64,000 nt of DNA from Eledone cirrhosa (taxonomy: Eukaryota), in the NCBI GenBank assembly GCA_964016885.1, contig OZ024745.1, positions 18,476,001-18,540,000 on the forward strand, given 5' to 3'. Below the pieces are notes generated by a model. It was not told the origin of the DNA, searched no databases, and was given only the letters and a program-made list of their open reading frames with translations. This document shows, piece by piece, positions 1-12,955 of this stretch (position 1 is the stretch's first letter; every line of letters begins with the position of its first letter). Made by a program: the position numbers and the translations under genes.

Positions 1-6
1 TAACCT

Positions 7-87
<81 letters not shown>

Positions 88-120
88 GTATGTATATATA
101 TATATATATATATATATACT

Positions 121-703
121 GGTAAGATGTCTCCCAGTACAACCTGTCTCATGGTCGGGTCGTTGGCGACTAAACTGGCAACCCCACCAAGGATTCTTGC
201 TGAGGAGAGTGACTTTGGTCATCCTGCCGGACTAAAAACAAAACCTGTCAAAGGGCAAAGGAGCTCTTAAGAGTCAATGGCCATCCAAAATCAACGGGAG
301 AGATAACCCCTTAGCCTTTGTCAAGGCACAATTCTAGGAGAAGGAAAAGTCTGATATAACTCCTGCAACTCTGATGGTATCCAATGATGTTGACTTGTTC
401 TTCTTTTTGGTAAATATCATCTTGGTTAAGAGAGTGGGACTGGCTTTGTGCAGTGCCTTTGCTCACTATAAAAGCTTCACGGCACAGGAATTGCTTTATA
501 TATGGAGATCTCTCTGCACTTGTCGTCATATGGTACCATTGTCCCAGCACTATGTGTCAGTAATTGTCACAATTTTAGTCTTTGTACCAGAGTTTTCAAG
601 TCGTTGGCTGGACTAAAAAGTCACACTCATTCAGCGCATCGGTAGGGGTTCTCCTACATGGATATAAAGTAGTGGCCGTATTTGAAAACGAGTTGGCAGC
701 CAC
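121..703 (+). mobile_element. Non-autonomous RTE-derived element (5'UTR-like part plus short 3' end), between TA tracts
   Basis: Near-identical copy at ~44030-44517 and diverged copy at ~51200-51702. Contains CTAGGAGAAGGAAAAGTCTGA, resembling a motif I recognise from RTE 5'UTRs; ends GGCAGCCACCA then (TA)n. Confidence 0.55.
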
Positions 704-800
704 CATATATATATATATATACACATACATTTATATATACATATATAAATATATATATATATATATACATACATTTATATATATATATATATATACATAC

Positions 801-838
<38 letters not shown>

Positions 839-844
839 GAACGC

Positions 845-946
845 GTAGGGTCCTACTCGTTCCTATTACCCACTCTACTACCCTAAGTATTGAGTACTTT
901 GGTGCGTTATGGTCCACCTGGTTCCTTACCACATTTCCTTCGTTAT
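845..946 (+). mobile_element. 3' fragment of HHR mini-element family B
   Basis: CCTATTACCCACTCTACTACCCTAAGTATTGAG...CTTCGTTAT also at ~17800-17886, 20615-20700 (reverse) and 49835-49920. Confidence 0.8.
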
Positions 947-975
947 ATATTCATATATATATATATATACATACA

Positions 976-1025
<50 letters not shown>

Positions 1026-1048
1026 TATATACATATTTATACATGCAT

Positions 1049-1185
1049 ACGGTGGGCCCTGGTGATTCCATCTACTAAACTATTAAATTCCTCACAGATT
1101 ATAGTAGAAGAAATGTGTCCAAGGTGTCGCGTAGTGGAACTGAATGCAGAACAAGAAGTTTTGTGACAATCAACTGAACCACACA
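1049..1185 (-). mobile_element. Degenerate octopus-type tRNA-derived SINE
   Basis: TATAGTAGAAGA..TGTCCAAGGTGTCGCGTAGTGGAACTGAA; related copy at 29705-29857. Confidence 0.5.
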
Positions 1186-1225
1186 AACATGTAAGTACTT
1201 CTATTTTGGTATACCATTATTATCT

Positions 1226-1403
1226 TTGGCAGTATCAGTAGAGGGTTGGACGCCATGCTTTCTAGCATAGTTACGTCCCTTTACAGTCTGAGTTCAAATC
1301 CCGCCGAGGTTAACTTTGCCTTTCATCCTTACGTGGGTCGATAAAATAAAGTACCAGTAATGTACTGGGTAATTGCTGGCCTTGTGCCTAAATAGAAACA
1401 ATT
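1226..1403 (+). mobile_element. SINE with Deu/Nin-like core
   Basis: B-box-like GAGTTCAAATCC plus GCCTTTCATCCTTACG.GGTCGATAAAATAAAGTACCAG; about 10 copies in the window. Confidence 0.85.
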
Positions 1404-3924
1404 ATTAGCTTTTACTGTGCCATCATCTAAGTAGCTTAGGTCTAAAATAAAGCGTCTAACAAACTGAGAAATTAGTTAATTTGTCACTGGGGACAGTATA
1501 TCAATTTTTATAGTCTTATTTGCAGTGAACCAGTGTCTGGTGGTTGTTTTCTCCATGGCCTTTGGTTGAATGACAAATCCTCTCGTGTCGCGAAACATTT
1601 CTGAATAATATCGCATGCTGGCTTCATAGCTTTCCACATTGTTTGTTCATTTCAGGTATAGAACGGTGTTTCTGTTATACCTACCTCAACGGTCATGTCA
1701 AATATATATAATAAAGAGTAAATTAATTGAAATAGACGGATTTATCAAACTCGATTTATATCTAACTTTAGCAATCACGCAACTTAACATCAAAGTTGAG
1801 AAGATTTCTCAACATTCTTACTAACACGCAATATAACGAAGATCGTTAGATTTGAGTAAACAAGAGCTTCGCGATAAATCACCAATACGATTAACTGTTA
1901 TCGATACTTAAATGTAATGGACTACACTACTAGAATGTTGTGTTAGAAGTGGTAGATTACGTATTCAAATGACCTACGATCTCGATCTTATAAAAAGGAG
2001 TTCAAATCTTTCTTATATAAATGTAGATGTTATTACTGTTTAGACAGTTTGCAAATAGCAGACATCTTATAATAACCGTTCCATCGATGACCATCGCTGC
2101 GTTTGTATGCCTTTCCTTTTTGAATATTATATAGTATGTTTTGCAAGAGATTTAATTGCATTTCTAACCAGTGGTGTATTGCTAGTGGTGCAGATGCACC
2201 CAACAAAAAATTGTTGTAAGAAAATTTAGTAATTTCTGTCGGAAAATTAGTCATATTTGTCGGCAAATTATGAATGACAGGAGATCCAGAGGCATATCAC
2301 GAGCAAGAAGAATAAGAATTAGAAGACCCTCAAGTAATAGAAGACAGCTTTGACTCTGTTGGGATTTGAACTGAAGATAGTTTTTAATCATCAGTAAGAC
2401 ACTGAATATTGAATCAGTGGTACCTGATACCTTTAATCCACGATGCATACCTGTATTTCACTTCTTCCAGGTTAAATATTATCCTCGTATGTTAATTGCT
2501 ATAAAGAGGCCATGAAGAGATTTGAGAGAGATGCGACTGTTATGCCTAGAAGCTTGAGCAATAGTTTGGTACCTGTAGAGGAAAGCTCCTCTAGCAGAAG
2601 CATCGACATTCCAGTGACATTTTCATCTAGTATTCTTCCTTCACCGAGTTGAACTCGTTATTGGCATATAACTAATTCATTTCCATTTCCTATTTATCCC
2701 AATTTATAAATAATTCTTTTTCATAAACAACCTTTAATAATTTCTCCAAATATTATTACATTTTCTACTTTCTTTTCGACAAATTTAATTAGAAAATGTA
2801 TACAAAATTTATTTGAAGCTATTACATAAAAATAAATATTCGTTTAATCTAGTTACTAATAAATATGTATTAGTGCTTTTAACGCAGTAAAGAATTAAAT
2901 TCGTTCAAATGAAGTAAATAAAATATTTACTCTCGTTCCAACAGAGAAAAAGTTTGGAAGTGTGTTTCCTATTTAAAGTGTTATCACACTTTTAAAATAC
3001 AATTAGATGGTAAAATTGTCTAACACCACAAATTAAAAGTATTCTTACAACTTTTGATGTGATGTATGTTTTGTGTTCTACACCTAAATTAACGAACTTT
3101 CTTTTCAGGCTGCTGCAGGTAATGTAACGTTATTATCCCAATTTTAATGTTACGTACTTATAACGAATTGTATTGACACTGGTGTATGTTTTTCGGGTTA
3201 TATGGTTTATAGTTGTATAGATCTGAGGTTTAAATCTTTCTGTTATCTTTCAATGTTTCATGTTTTCACAAACTCGACATTTTCATGATCACGAACATAA
3301 GGTACTCTAGAAACTTACTCAAACTTGGTCAAACACTATTATGCGTGTTCTATGGAGCATGTGAGTGCTTGGTTTGGCTGTGTATCACAACCAAACATTT
3401 TCCTATTTATAATTCTGCAGCTTTGTCAATGTAATATCATTCTTCTCGGCTAGATTCTATACAATATTATAATTACTCAGAATTACCATCTGCATTTCGC
3501 ATCATTTTGTCATAGAAAAGACACCAGATGTTTATGAATTATTTGGTGGTTTGCCTAAGTACAAAAATTGCATAAGATTTTACCTTTGTTATTTTTCTAA
3601 AAATATTAGAGTTCACATGAAAACAGTACTTGTTTTCCTCAATGAAGTGAAACTACATAAATCATCTTTGTCAAGTTGTTTTATCTCGAAGTGTATTATG
3701 CGATAGTCACCGTTTGACACATCAAATGTAAGGTAATATACCAGAAAATATCCAGACAGACATGTGTCTTCTATATTACATAATTTATTTTATCAGGTTT
3801 TATATGAGTCTTCTGTAGTAGTAACTTTAATAAAATAAAATAAAAATGACAATAGTATATTGGTAGGTGGTGATGTTGGTGTGGGAGATAATAATTCAGT
3901 GACAGGTGCAATGTGTCCGAACAT

Positions 3925-4076
3925 GGAGAGCCGAACTCCCACAGTCATCGCCCCCATCTCTCTGTATAGGGAGCAAATGGGATCCCACGTGCCGGCCGCC
4001 CCACAGCCTCGGCGGACAGAATGGAGAAAGCGTTTTCCCGGCGTATGGTAAGGGAGATGCGCTGGAAGAGCCATTC
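3925..4076 (-). pseudogene. 3' end of CRE-like (RLE) non-LTR retrotransposon
   Basis: Minus strand translates EWLFQRISLTIRRENAFSILSAEAVG, homologous to EWLFQRVSLAVLRGNAFSILSAGAVG at 5093-5170. Confidence 0.75.
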
Positions 4077-4529
4077 CATGTTTATAACTATTTTTCTTAC
4101 AGTAAGTTCTCTATTGTTCTAAAGGAAATATTGCTTCAACTGCTTCTAAATTGTTGCTGAATATTGTCGTCCAATTTCTGGTCAAATTTATTTTTTCAAG
4201 TGTCGGTGACATTCAGTTGATAATGCTAAATATGTTTTATTCATAAAAATTAAAAAACTCGTAAACAAATCTATTTCAAATAACAATAACACTCCAGATA
4301 TTTAAAACGGAAAATAAACAGAAGAGCAAGGGATCTAGGATCACAGAAGCATGGGAGAGGGAAGAGAGCGGGTGATGGGCTCTAGGTCTGGGGCGCAGTG
4401 GACAAGGCAAGTTATTAGTCCTGTAAATTCACACGTTTAAACATGGTTGTTTAATGTGGTGGATAAATACACCATCAGTATTTTAACACTGATAAATTAA
4501 GATATTAGATGTTCGAAACCTAATGGAAT

Positions 4530-5175
4530 TTCTTGCCATCTGGCTTTTTCCGTCCCCTCGGCCCAGCCCCACCGGCTCGAGCTGGGAAGGGAAGCCTGCA
4601 GCGTCCAAGCCATGCTTTATGACCTCGTTGAGGGCAGCATGGCGTGGAAGGCGGCAGGCACTGTTGCGACAGGAAAGCGGGTGGAGGCCGAAATGGTCCA
4701 CGGTGGATCCGCAGCGACATTGGTGTTTCTCGCAGATCCGGAGGCCGAGCCTCAAGAATGGACCGAGGGGACGGCAAAAGGCCAGATGGCATGACCATCT
4801 TCCCGTTTCGTGGTGGCAAACCCCTCGTCTGGGATGCCATTTGCACCGACACTTTCTGCAGCCGCAACCTGGTGCAATCTGCGACTAACCCAGGTTCTGC
4901 TGCACGTCGGGCTGAGGGGGCCAAACTCCTCAAATACCGGTCGCTCTCCGATAGATTTGTTGTTGTACTCCTGGCAGTGGAGACCTCTGGTGTCCTCGGC
5001 CCTAGGCCCTAGGGCTGTTTATGAATTATTTTATCCCTACTCACCACCATAGGCGCTGAGCTGGCCAGCCGCAGATGTGAGCCCCGCGAGTTCGAGTGGC
5101 TTTTCCAGCGGGTCTCCCTTGCTGTCCTCCGGGGAAACGCCTTCTCCATCCTGTCCGCCGGGGCTGTTGGTGGGG
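4530..5175. mobile_element. CRE-like RLE retrotransposon 3' fragment with inverted 5' part (CCHC knuckle + PD-D endonuclease)
   Basis: Minus 4530-4755: CRCGSTVDHFGLHPLSC...RHAALNEVI...EPVGLGRGDGK. Plus 4756-5170: RGDGKRPDGMTIFPFRGGKPLVWD...KYRSL...AVETSGVLGP...FQRVSLAVLRGNA. Confidence 0.85.
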
Positions 5176-5342
5176 GGGGGGGGGGGGGGGGGGGGCATCG
5201 CGTATCATTCCATATTTAAGTATGGACAACGAAGCTTATGTGCCAATAGCCGGCTGTGGTTGGATTTCAGGTACTTTTGCATGTCGCTTATGTGTATATA
5301 GCTGCTTTTCTTCAGTCATGGAATTTCATAAAAATGGTTTCT

Positions 5343-5490
5343 GCTTTAGGCACAAAGCCAACAATTTTGGGGGAAGGGTAAAGCTGATTAAACTGGCCCC
5401 AGTGCGTTACTGTTACTATATTTATCGACCTCTTAAGAATTAGAGGCAAAGCTAACTTCGACGGGATTTGAACTCAGAAAGTAAAGTAGC
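5343..5490 (-). mobile_element. Deu/Nin-core SINE (diverged)
   Basis: Reverse complement of family: TTTAGGCACAAAGCC...TATCGACC...GGCAAAG...GGATTTGAACTC. Confidence 0.7.
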
Positions 5491-6940
5491 GTAAGTATAT
5501 GCCACAAAATATGATTTCAGAATCTCCAACGATACTTCCAATCCATTGGAATTTCTTATAATGCTAAATATTACTGCTTCAATGTAGATAGATTTATTAT
5601 ATTTCATACACCTCAAATCAACAAGGACAGTTTTTCGTGTGAATTGAACATAGCTGAATATCTTCACTTCAAAATCGGACGGGCCGTTATTCAATGTCTC
5701 TTTGAATGTAGAGGGAAACGAAGATTCTTCCCAACTGGACACATGGTTATTTATTGTAGCTTTGAAAACGGAGAAAGTTAATTTGAAAACAACGTTATTC
5801 CTATATCTGACGAGCCGTTATCTAGGATTAAAAGAAAACATTATGTAAAATCAGGATGATGGAGTAAAGAGTATACTGATATCTCGTAGTGGCATACTTA
5901 GAGCTGGATAGTACACTGGTTCTTATCTGAATATCACTTTCCGCTCTAAGATATTTGCCAGCCCTGCACCGGCCACTCCATGGTAAATTCTGTGAAGAGC
6001 CAGACGCTTAGAGAAAAATAGGTCCCACCACTCCTTTTTAGGAGACACTGGAATACCATAATGGACACACAGTCAAAGATCTAGAGAAGTACTCTAACGC
6101 CTGGCAGAGCCACTTGCAGGAACGTGGTTGATTGATTAAAAAGATTTGATAAGTGCTCGCTTAATCGATTATTTCACCCTCAATGTTCTTCCGGTCAATT
6201 TATCTCTTTAGCTGTACAATAGTGAGTTGTTAGAGTGTGTATGACTTTGGCTGTTTTCAATACAACTTGGATTAACGTTGCTTATCAGTCTTTCACAATA
6301 TAATGTAAATATTTAAAATACTAGCCTGCCCCATTGTCCAATAACATGACCAAAATGCCGAAATCTTAATCAAACAAGTTCCGAAATTGTTTCAATTGTA
6401 CAAAGGTTATCAATCATTATTCTGTGTTTAAATTAATGGATAATGATTGATTTCTTCGACTATGCCAATAGAATAGTCATGTCATTAAGTACATCCTTAT
6501 TTCTTCATAATACAATTAAACTGAAATATATAAGAATTAGTTAGCATATTGTAAATTATGGAGCCGCGTTAATAGTGCGTGTAATTTGTCAACTATTTTG
6601 GCTATCTCCATAGAAAATTGAACAAGAAAATAAAAAGTATTTATAACACATTAGCATGGTATAAGAAGAAATTATAAAGAACTGACCTCGGAAACACTCG
6701 AATATCGTTATTACCAACATCTGAAATTATTCAGATCAAGGGACAGGGGAAATTCTACATCTTTATCCCATTTCTTATGAGATTGGGTGCAACATAGATA
6801 AAATGTAACATCGTTTATCAAACGAATTCATTGAATCCTGAAACTTACAGGCGGTATCTTAATAGAAAAGTTTCAAATAACAAAATAGACATCGATAGAT
6901 TTAGTCAGTGCCCAGAATGATTATCTTGTTTACTATTATC

Positions 6941-7105
6941 GGTGTAGTGCAGCGAATTGACAGAGTCATTAGAACGTCAGAGACAATACTTTGGAGTGTT
7001 CGTTCCGGTTCTCTGCTCCCTCAGTTCCAGCCCGGCCGAGGTTAACTGTCATTCATCACTTTGAGGTCGATAAAAAGAATTATCAATGCAGTACTGGGGG
7101 CGATT
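6941..7105 (+). mobile_element. Deu/Nin-core SINE (diverged)
   Basis: GAATTGACAGAGTCATTAGA...GCCGAGGTTAACT...GGTCGATAAAA. Confidence 0.6.
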
Positions 7106-7629
7106 CTTACTCTATGTTTCTTACTCACTTCTTCTCTCTCTTTTTCTATCCTTCACTGAGAGAAATCTGCTGAGTTCAGACATGGAAAGGAGATAAACTA
7201 CGCGGGGCTTAAAATACCCAAGAAACTCCGTATGTCAGTACAGTGACCTTATGTTTCAACCAGGAGTGGATATTTAAATCTAATCCTTTATTAACTTTAA
7301 TAATACATCTAAAACGTAAAGCTTTTCCTTGCTAAACCCAATCGTGAATTAAATATACGAGGCATAAGTTATCGTCAAGTTTTGAGCCCTTTGGGGTTTC
7401 GGGATGCGCAATCTATGTGCGTCCATCCCACGTCTCACCAGACAGGTCTCAGGCCATTCGCCAGTTTTGGCGGCAGGAAATGGAGATTCAAATATATTTT
7501 TCGAACAGGGGCCGTATTCAGACATGAGGTCTGAATACGTCTCTTGTTCACGCGAAAGACAATGCGGTATGGTTATAATTCATACCAATCACAATATTTT
7601 AGTTTTGGTGGTCTTATTCGCGCATTCGT

Positions 7630-7815
7630 AATCAAAGGAAGGGAGGTGGGTGTAAAGCCCAAACTCTTCAATTCTGTATTCGTGACAACCCTTAACTATG
7701 GTCATGAATCTTGGGTAATGACCAAAGGAATACAATCACGAATACAAGCGGCCGAAATGGGATCTCCTTCGAAGGGTATTTGGTGTAATGTTACTCGATA
7801 GAACGCGTAGCTCGA
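7630..7815 (+). pseudogene. RTE-clade RT C-terminal fragment
   Basis: LFNSVFVTTLNYGHESWVMTKGIQSRIQAAEMG matches the RTE LxYGxESW...RIQAAEM pattern. Confidence 0.75.
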
Positions 7816-7869
7816 AGATGTGTGTGTGTATGTGTGTATATATATACATACACAAATATATATACATAC

Positions 7870-7999
7870 ACAAATGAGGACCAACTGAATTAACTGTGGA
7901 GATATAATAGATACAGAAGCGAAAACCAACCAAATAGTGAGTGTGTTCTGTTATTATTTCTGGCAATATTATTACAACAATATGACCCTCCCCAAGTAT

Positions 8000-8004
<5 letters not shown>
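7870..8004 (+). mobile_element. Solo 3' fragment of PLE pseudo-LTR family A
   Basis: Matches 58280-58403 (TTAACTGTGGAGATATA...GACCCTCCCCAAGTATAACAAT) followed by (TA)n. Confidence 0.85.
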
Positions 8005-8047
<43 letters not shown>

Positions 8048-8466
8048 CGATCTTTTATTACACGGACACGCACATATATATATAAAATGTATCTATCCTC
8101 ATATATATAAATACTTGGGCGTGTATATTAGTGTGTGTGTGTGTATTGGAGTGAGCGTGAGTGAGTGTTTGTACGTATGGATGTATATACATGGAACTAT
8201 AAGTATATGTTGAGATATACATCTGTATACGTCTTTATAATCTGTGATAACCTCATCATTTTCAATATTTGTCTATAATTGAATAATTGAACTTCATTTG
8301 TTTATATTAAATTTCATATCACATCTGTATCTTTCTATCTATCGAACTATATATATGTGTATATATATATTGGGTCCTCAAGTATGAAATTTGTAGAAAT
8401 TTGTTTTTATTTTCGACAAATTTCTACAAATTTCATACTTGACGACCCTATATACATGTGTATATG

Positions 8467-8520
<54 letters not shown>

Positions 8521-8524
<4 letters not shown>

Positions 8525-8712
8525 CAAGCTATTTAGAACACTGGTTTAACCGCTTTACATCCCTCCGAAGAAGAGATATTATCTCGAAGATTAAGGACAT
8601 TTAAGTAAATCTAAGGTAAAAGACTAATTGTCAACAATATCTTTTGCATTTGCATTCTTTATTCTATGTCCACATCTGCATTGTTTTGGCTTTATTATAC
8701 ATATACAAACGT
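8521..8712 (+). mobile_element. Mini-element with HHR-like CCGAAGA core
   Basis: CCT CCGAAGA A GAGAT att ATCTC GAAG ATTA AGG; second copy at 39240-39472 has GAAA; both in TA tracts. Confidence 0.6.
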
Positions 8713-8854
8713 TTATATATATATATATATATATATATATCAACTAGAGATTGATTGACATATATATATGTTTAAAATAACCACATGAAACAATCACAGG
8801 GGATAATTTGTAAAGTTTGTAATCACTTTAATTAATTTAATTAAATCTATTTCG

Positions 8855-8897
<43 letters not shown>

Positions 8898-9110
8898 TTA
8901 TATATATATACTATTAATAATCTTGCAACCCCCATATATATATATAACGGCCAATGGCAACTTCATTTTTAGTCTAGGGGGTCTTCACCCTAATCTAAAA
9001 GCTATTTTATATCATCTTTGCGCATGAGCACAACATTCCTTATATATATACATATGTGTATATATATATATATATATATTGACAATTACTATCTTGCCAT
9101 ATAATGACTT

Positions 9111-9206
9111 ACCCCCTGAGAAGTTCGGCTATTTATTTACCAGGCTAAAAATTCTTATTTAGTCCAGAATTAGCCGTCGAAACGGCTTGAGCTCTGCCGT
9201 CTGGGT
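9111..9206 (+). ncRNA. Type I hammerhead ribozyme, family B (core degenerate in this copy)
   Basis: ACCC(C) CTGAGAAG..CGGCTA...TAGCCG TC GAAAC GGC ttgagctct GCC GTC (T)GGGT. Copy at 20709-20803 (minus) has CTTAAGAAG, so consensus is CTGAAGA (inference). Confidence 0.7.
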
Positions 9207-9216
9207 CATACTTCTT

Positions 9217-9324
<108 letters not shown>

Positions 9325-9377
9325 AATATACATATACATATATATATATACATATACATATATATATATACATATAA

Positions 9378-9412
<35 letters not shown>

Positions 9413-9419
9413 CATATAT

Positions 9420-12400
9420 TCAGGTTTGAGGTTCACCACTGTATAGAGCTGGTCTATTCCGTATGGTCAATCGTAATGCAATAATATAGAGAGTACTCAA
9501 CGTAAAGCAGTTCAACCGTCTTTGTTTTTGTAGTTGGTGGTGCTATTACGGAGTTAAATATTATAATGAAATGACAGGAGGCTGGATTTGTGTAAATCCT
9601 TGAAAGGTTTATTATACTATGATCATTTCAATGACCGGGTTCCGTATGAATCCGGTGATATCATCAGGTATTCGAAATATAATACGTGAAAAATAATAGA
9701 TAAAATCCATGGGGCTGAAAATCGAGGACCCGAGGGCGACCGCTATTCTGTTCCTTCAACCTCAGCCGGTCGCCCTGGAGTGACGTGGCTAAAGTTTATA
9801 GTATGCTACTACCGGTCAGATAAACGAAAACAGAAAGGGATGGGAACATAAGTTAACGTCGATCTCATGACACAAGGTAAAAGAAAGAAAGAAAGGAAGG
9901 AGAGAGAAGAAGGGGGAAGAAAGAAGAAGAGAAGCCAGGGTTAATGTCAGCTAAAAGAAGAAAGGCAACTACTACCGGTCAGATATAGGCAAGCAAGAGG
10001 GGGAAGCAAGATAAGTCTGCGGGAGGAAGACAGGAAGAGGGGAGAAGAGAAGGAATAGAAGAAAGAAGTAGAAAAGTAAGGGTTGATGGCTACATGAAGG
10101 AAGATAGAAAGAAAGAGGAAGAAAGGTCGATATTAATGTCAGACCACAGTCAGCCAGGAGTGGCGCGAGAAAATGTTCACAGGGACCCGCATCTTAGCAG
10201 AGGTGAATATATTGGGAGTCAGTGTGTTACAGTGTTTAGACTTCTAGGATGAAGTTAAAAAAATTAATAATCAATATTCAATATTAAAGAGGTTAGAAAA
10301 TTTTAAGTTCAACAGTTTAACATTTTATTATATAATAGTTCCGATTTGTTCTGTAATTTAAAGGTACTATGTGGCGGTTAAAACACCGGCCGCGCCCCAG
10401 GCCCCATGGCGAATTAAGCTACGCCGAGTATTTTCATTTACCGAAAGAAGGGGAAATTTATTTTTCCAAGCACTCCAGGTGAGCTCGTTCGCCAGGGAGC
10501 TGGTCGCGCCGCCATTAAAACCCACCCAACAGTCCGACAGAAAGTTGGAACTTTAAAATTTTGCTTAGAGAAGTAAAAGAGTAATGGTTGATAGCTACAA
10601 GAAGGAAGATAGAAAGAGAGAGGAAGGTCGATATTAATGTCTCACCACAGCCGGGCCAGGAGTGGCGCGACAAAATTTTCACAGGGACCCGCATCTTAGC
10701 AGAGGTGAATATATTGGGGGTCAGTGTTACAATGTTTAGACTTATAGGATGAAGTTAAAAAATTAATAATCAATATTCCATATTAAAGAGGTTAGAAAAT
10801 TTAAAGCTCAACAGTTTCAGGTTGATATATCTAATAGTTCCAATTTGTTCTGTAATTTAAAGGTACTATTTGGCGGTTAAAACACCGGCCGCGCCCCGGG
10901 CCCCATGGCGAATTAAGCCACGCCGAGTATTTTCATTTACCGAAAGAAGGGGAAATTTATTTTTCCAAGCACTCCAGGTGAGCTCGTTCGCCAGGGAGCT
11001 GGTCGCGCCGCCGTTAAAACCCACCCAACGGTGCGACAGAAAGTTGGAACTTTAGAATTTTGCTTAACTCTATCGGATGAAGTTGAAAGAATTCAGAATA
11101 ACATTATAAAACTAAGGAGTAAGAAGATTGAGAATTGAACAAACAGAAAATTGAAGATTAAACATTCAAATAACTTCTATGAGGTTTTGGGTTGCGGGGT
11201 TTAATTAAATAGAGTCTTTTCTGAAGAAACGTTAATTGTATTATGTAGATCTGTAATTTATCCTAGTGGGATGTAGAGTACGGGATATAGTCGTGTAATG
11301 TTTAATTTTTGTTCTCAGGAGGAGACATTCTAGTGTCGTGTGCTAATGGGTACAGGTCCCAATGTGAGGAGTAGAAAAACATGGATACATAGAAGTGGAA
11401 TACGTGGAAGAGCACATTGGTACAGCAGAGGTATAAATATATAAACATATCAATATATAGGTATAAACATGTAAATAAACCAACAAGAGTGGTGTTGGAG
11501 TAAGATGGAGAAATCAAGACATAGGAGAATTACAATATAGTTCAGGTTGCAGTATTTATGTTCCCGGGGGGGAGGCAATCCTGTGTCGTGTGCTAAGGGT
11601 GCACGCGAGTAAAAGTCCGAATAAGGGGAGTAAAAAGTACATGGATGTATAGAGGTAGAGTACGCGGAAAGGCATTAATACAGCAAACAAAGATGCGAAG
11701 ATATAGATAAACAAACAATAGTCGTTGTCTAGTAAATGTAGAGTTCAAGACACAGGAGAAATACAATATAGTTCAGGTTGCGGTATTTATGTTCCCAGCG
11801 GGAGATATTCCAGTGACGTGTGCTAAGGGTACACGCGAGTAAAAGTTCGAATAAGGGAAGTAGAAAGTACATGGATATATAGAGGTAGAATACGTGGAGA
11901 GGCATTAATACAGCAAATAAAGATGTAAAGATATAAATTAAAAAACAAGAGTCGTTGTCTATTAAATGGAGAGTTCAAGACACAGGAGAAATACAATATA
12001 GTTCAAGTTGCAGTCAGATAATGCATATAGATGTGGAAACAGTGTGTGTTCGAGTCTGGGAGTTCAGTGTGAGTTATACATGCCCAGAAGTATAGGGTAG
12101 GCATTTAGTTAATACAGTGCAGTACAATACATGTTATGGTTAAGTCCGTGGAGTTTCGTCGAAGTTCGGATATTCTGTGAGGGGAGTAGCAATGGGCCAG
12201 GCGAAAACACCGGGTAGCCAAAGTTCGAATTGTGGTTAGATATATTCAGTCCCATCGGGTCCTCGATTTTCAGCCCCATGGATTTTATCTATTACATTCA
12301 CGTATTATATTTGGAATACCTGATGATATCACTGGATTCATACGGAACCCGGTCATTGAAATGATCATAGTATAATAAATCTTTCAAGGATTTACACAAA

Positions 12401-12425
12401 TCCAGCCTCCTGTCATTTCATTATA
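9420..12425 (-). mobile_element. Non-coding PLE-type element with ~170-bp inverted HHR-containing arms (9562-9733 / 12255-12425)
   Basis: Arms are reverse complements. Each folds ATAC CTGATGA..AC(C/T)GG...CCGGT..GAAA TGATCA TA GTAT AATAAA. Body has internal duplications. Confidence 0.8.
12316..12373 (+). ncRNA. Type I hammerhead ribozyme (inverted twin at 9614-9671, minus)
   Basis: Stem I ATAC/GTAT, CTGATGA, long stem II, GAAA, palindromic stem III ATGATCAT, AUA cleavage triplet. Confidence 0.85.
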
Positions 12426-12431
12426 TATACA

Positions 12432-12500
<69 letters not shown>

Positions 12501-12801
12501 ATGTATATGTATATATATATACATATACATATATATATACAAATACATATATACATATATTTATAAATATATAGATATATACATATATATATTATATATA
12601 CATATATACATATATATATATATACATAAATATATACATATACATATATATATATATTGTTATACTTGGGGAGGGGTATATTTATGTAATAATATTGCCA
12701 GAATTAATAACAGAACACGTATGTATATATGTGTGTATACATATATGTATATGTATATATACATGTGTATATATATATGTATATATATGTATATATATAT
12801 G

Positions 12802-12832
<31 letters not shown>

Positions 12833-12872
12833 GTATATGTATATATATACATGTATATGTATATATATATAC

Positions 12873-12904
<32 letters not shown>

Positions 12905-12919
12905 ATATATATACATATA

Positions 12920-12955
<36 letters not shown>

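Noticed and set aside
2168-2620. Possible decayed hAT transposon end (CAGTGG start; ASA-ER-SF-like motif on minus strand)
   Set aside because: Too degenerate; no matching TIR found.
3109-3118. Possible 10-nt micro-exon (ctttcttttcag GCTGCTGCAG gtaatg)
   Set aside because: Splice-like signals only; not frame-preserving and no partner exons are identifiable without RNA data.
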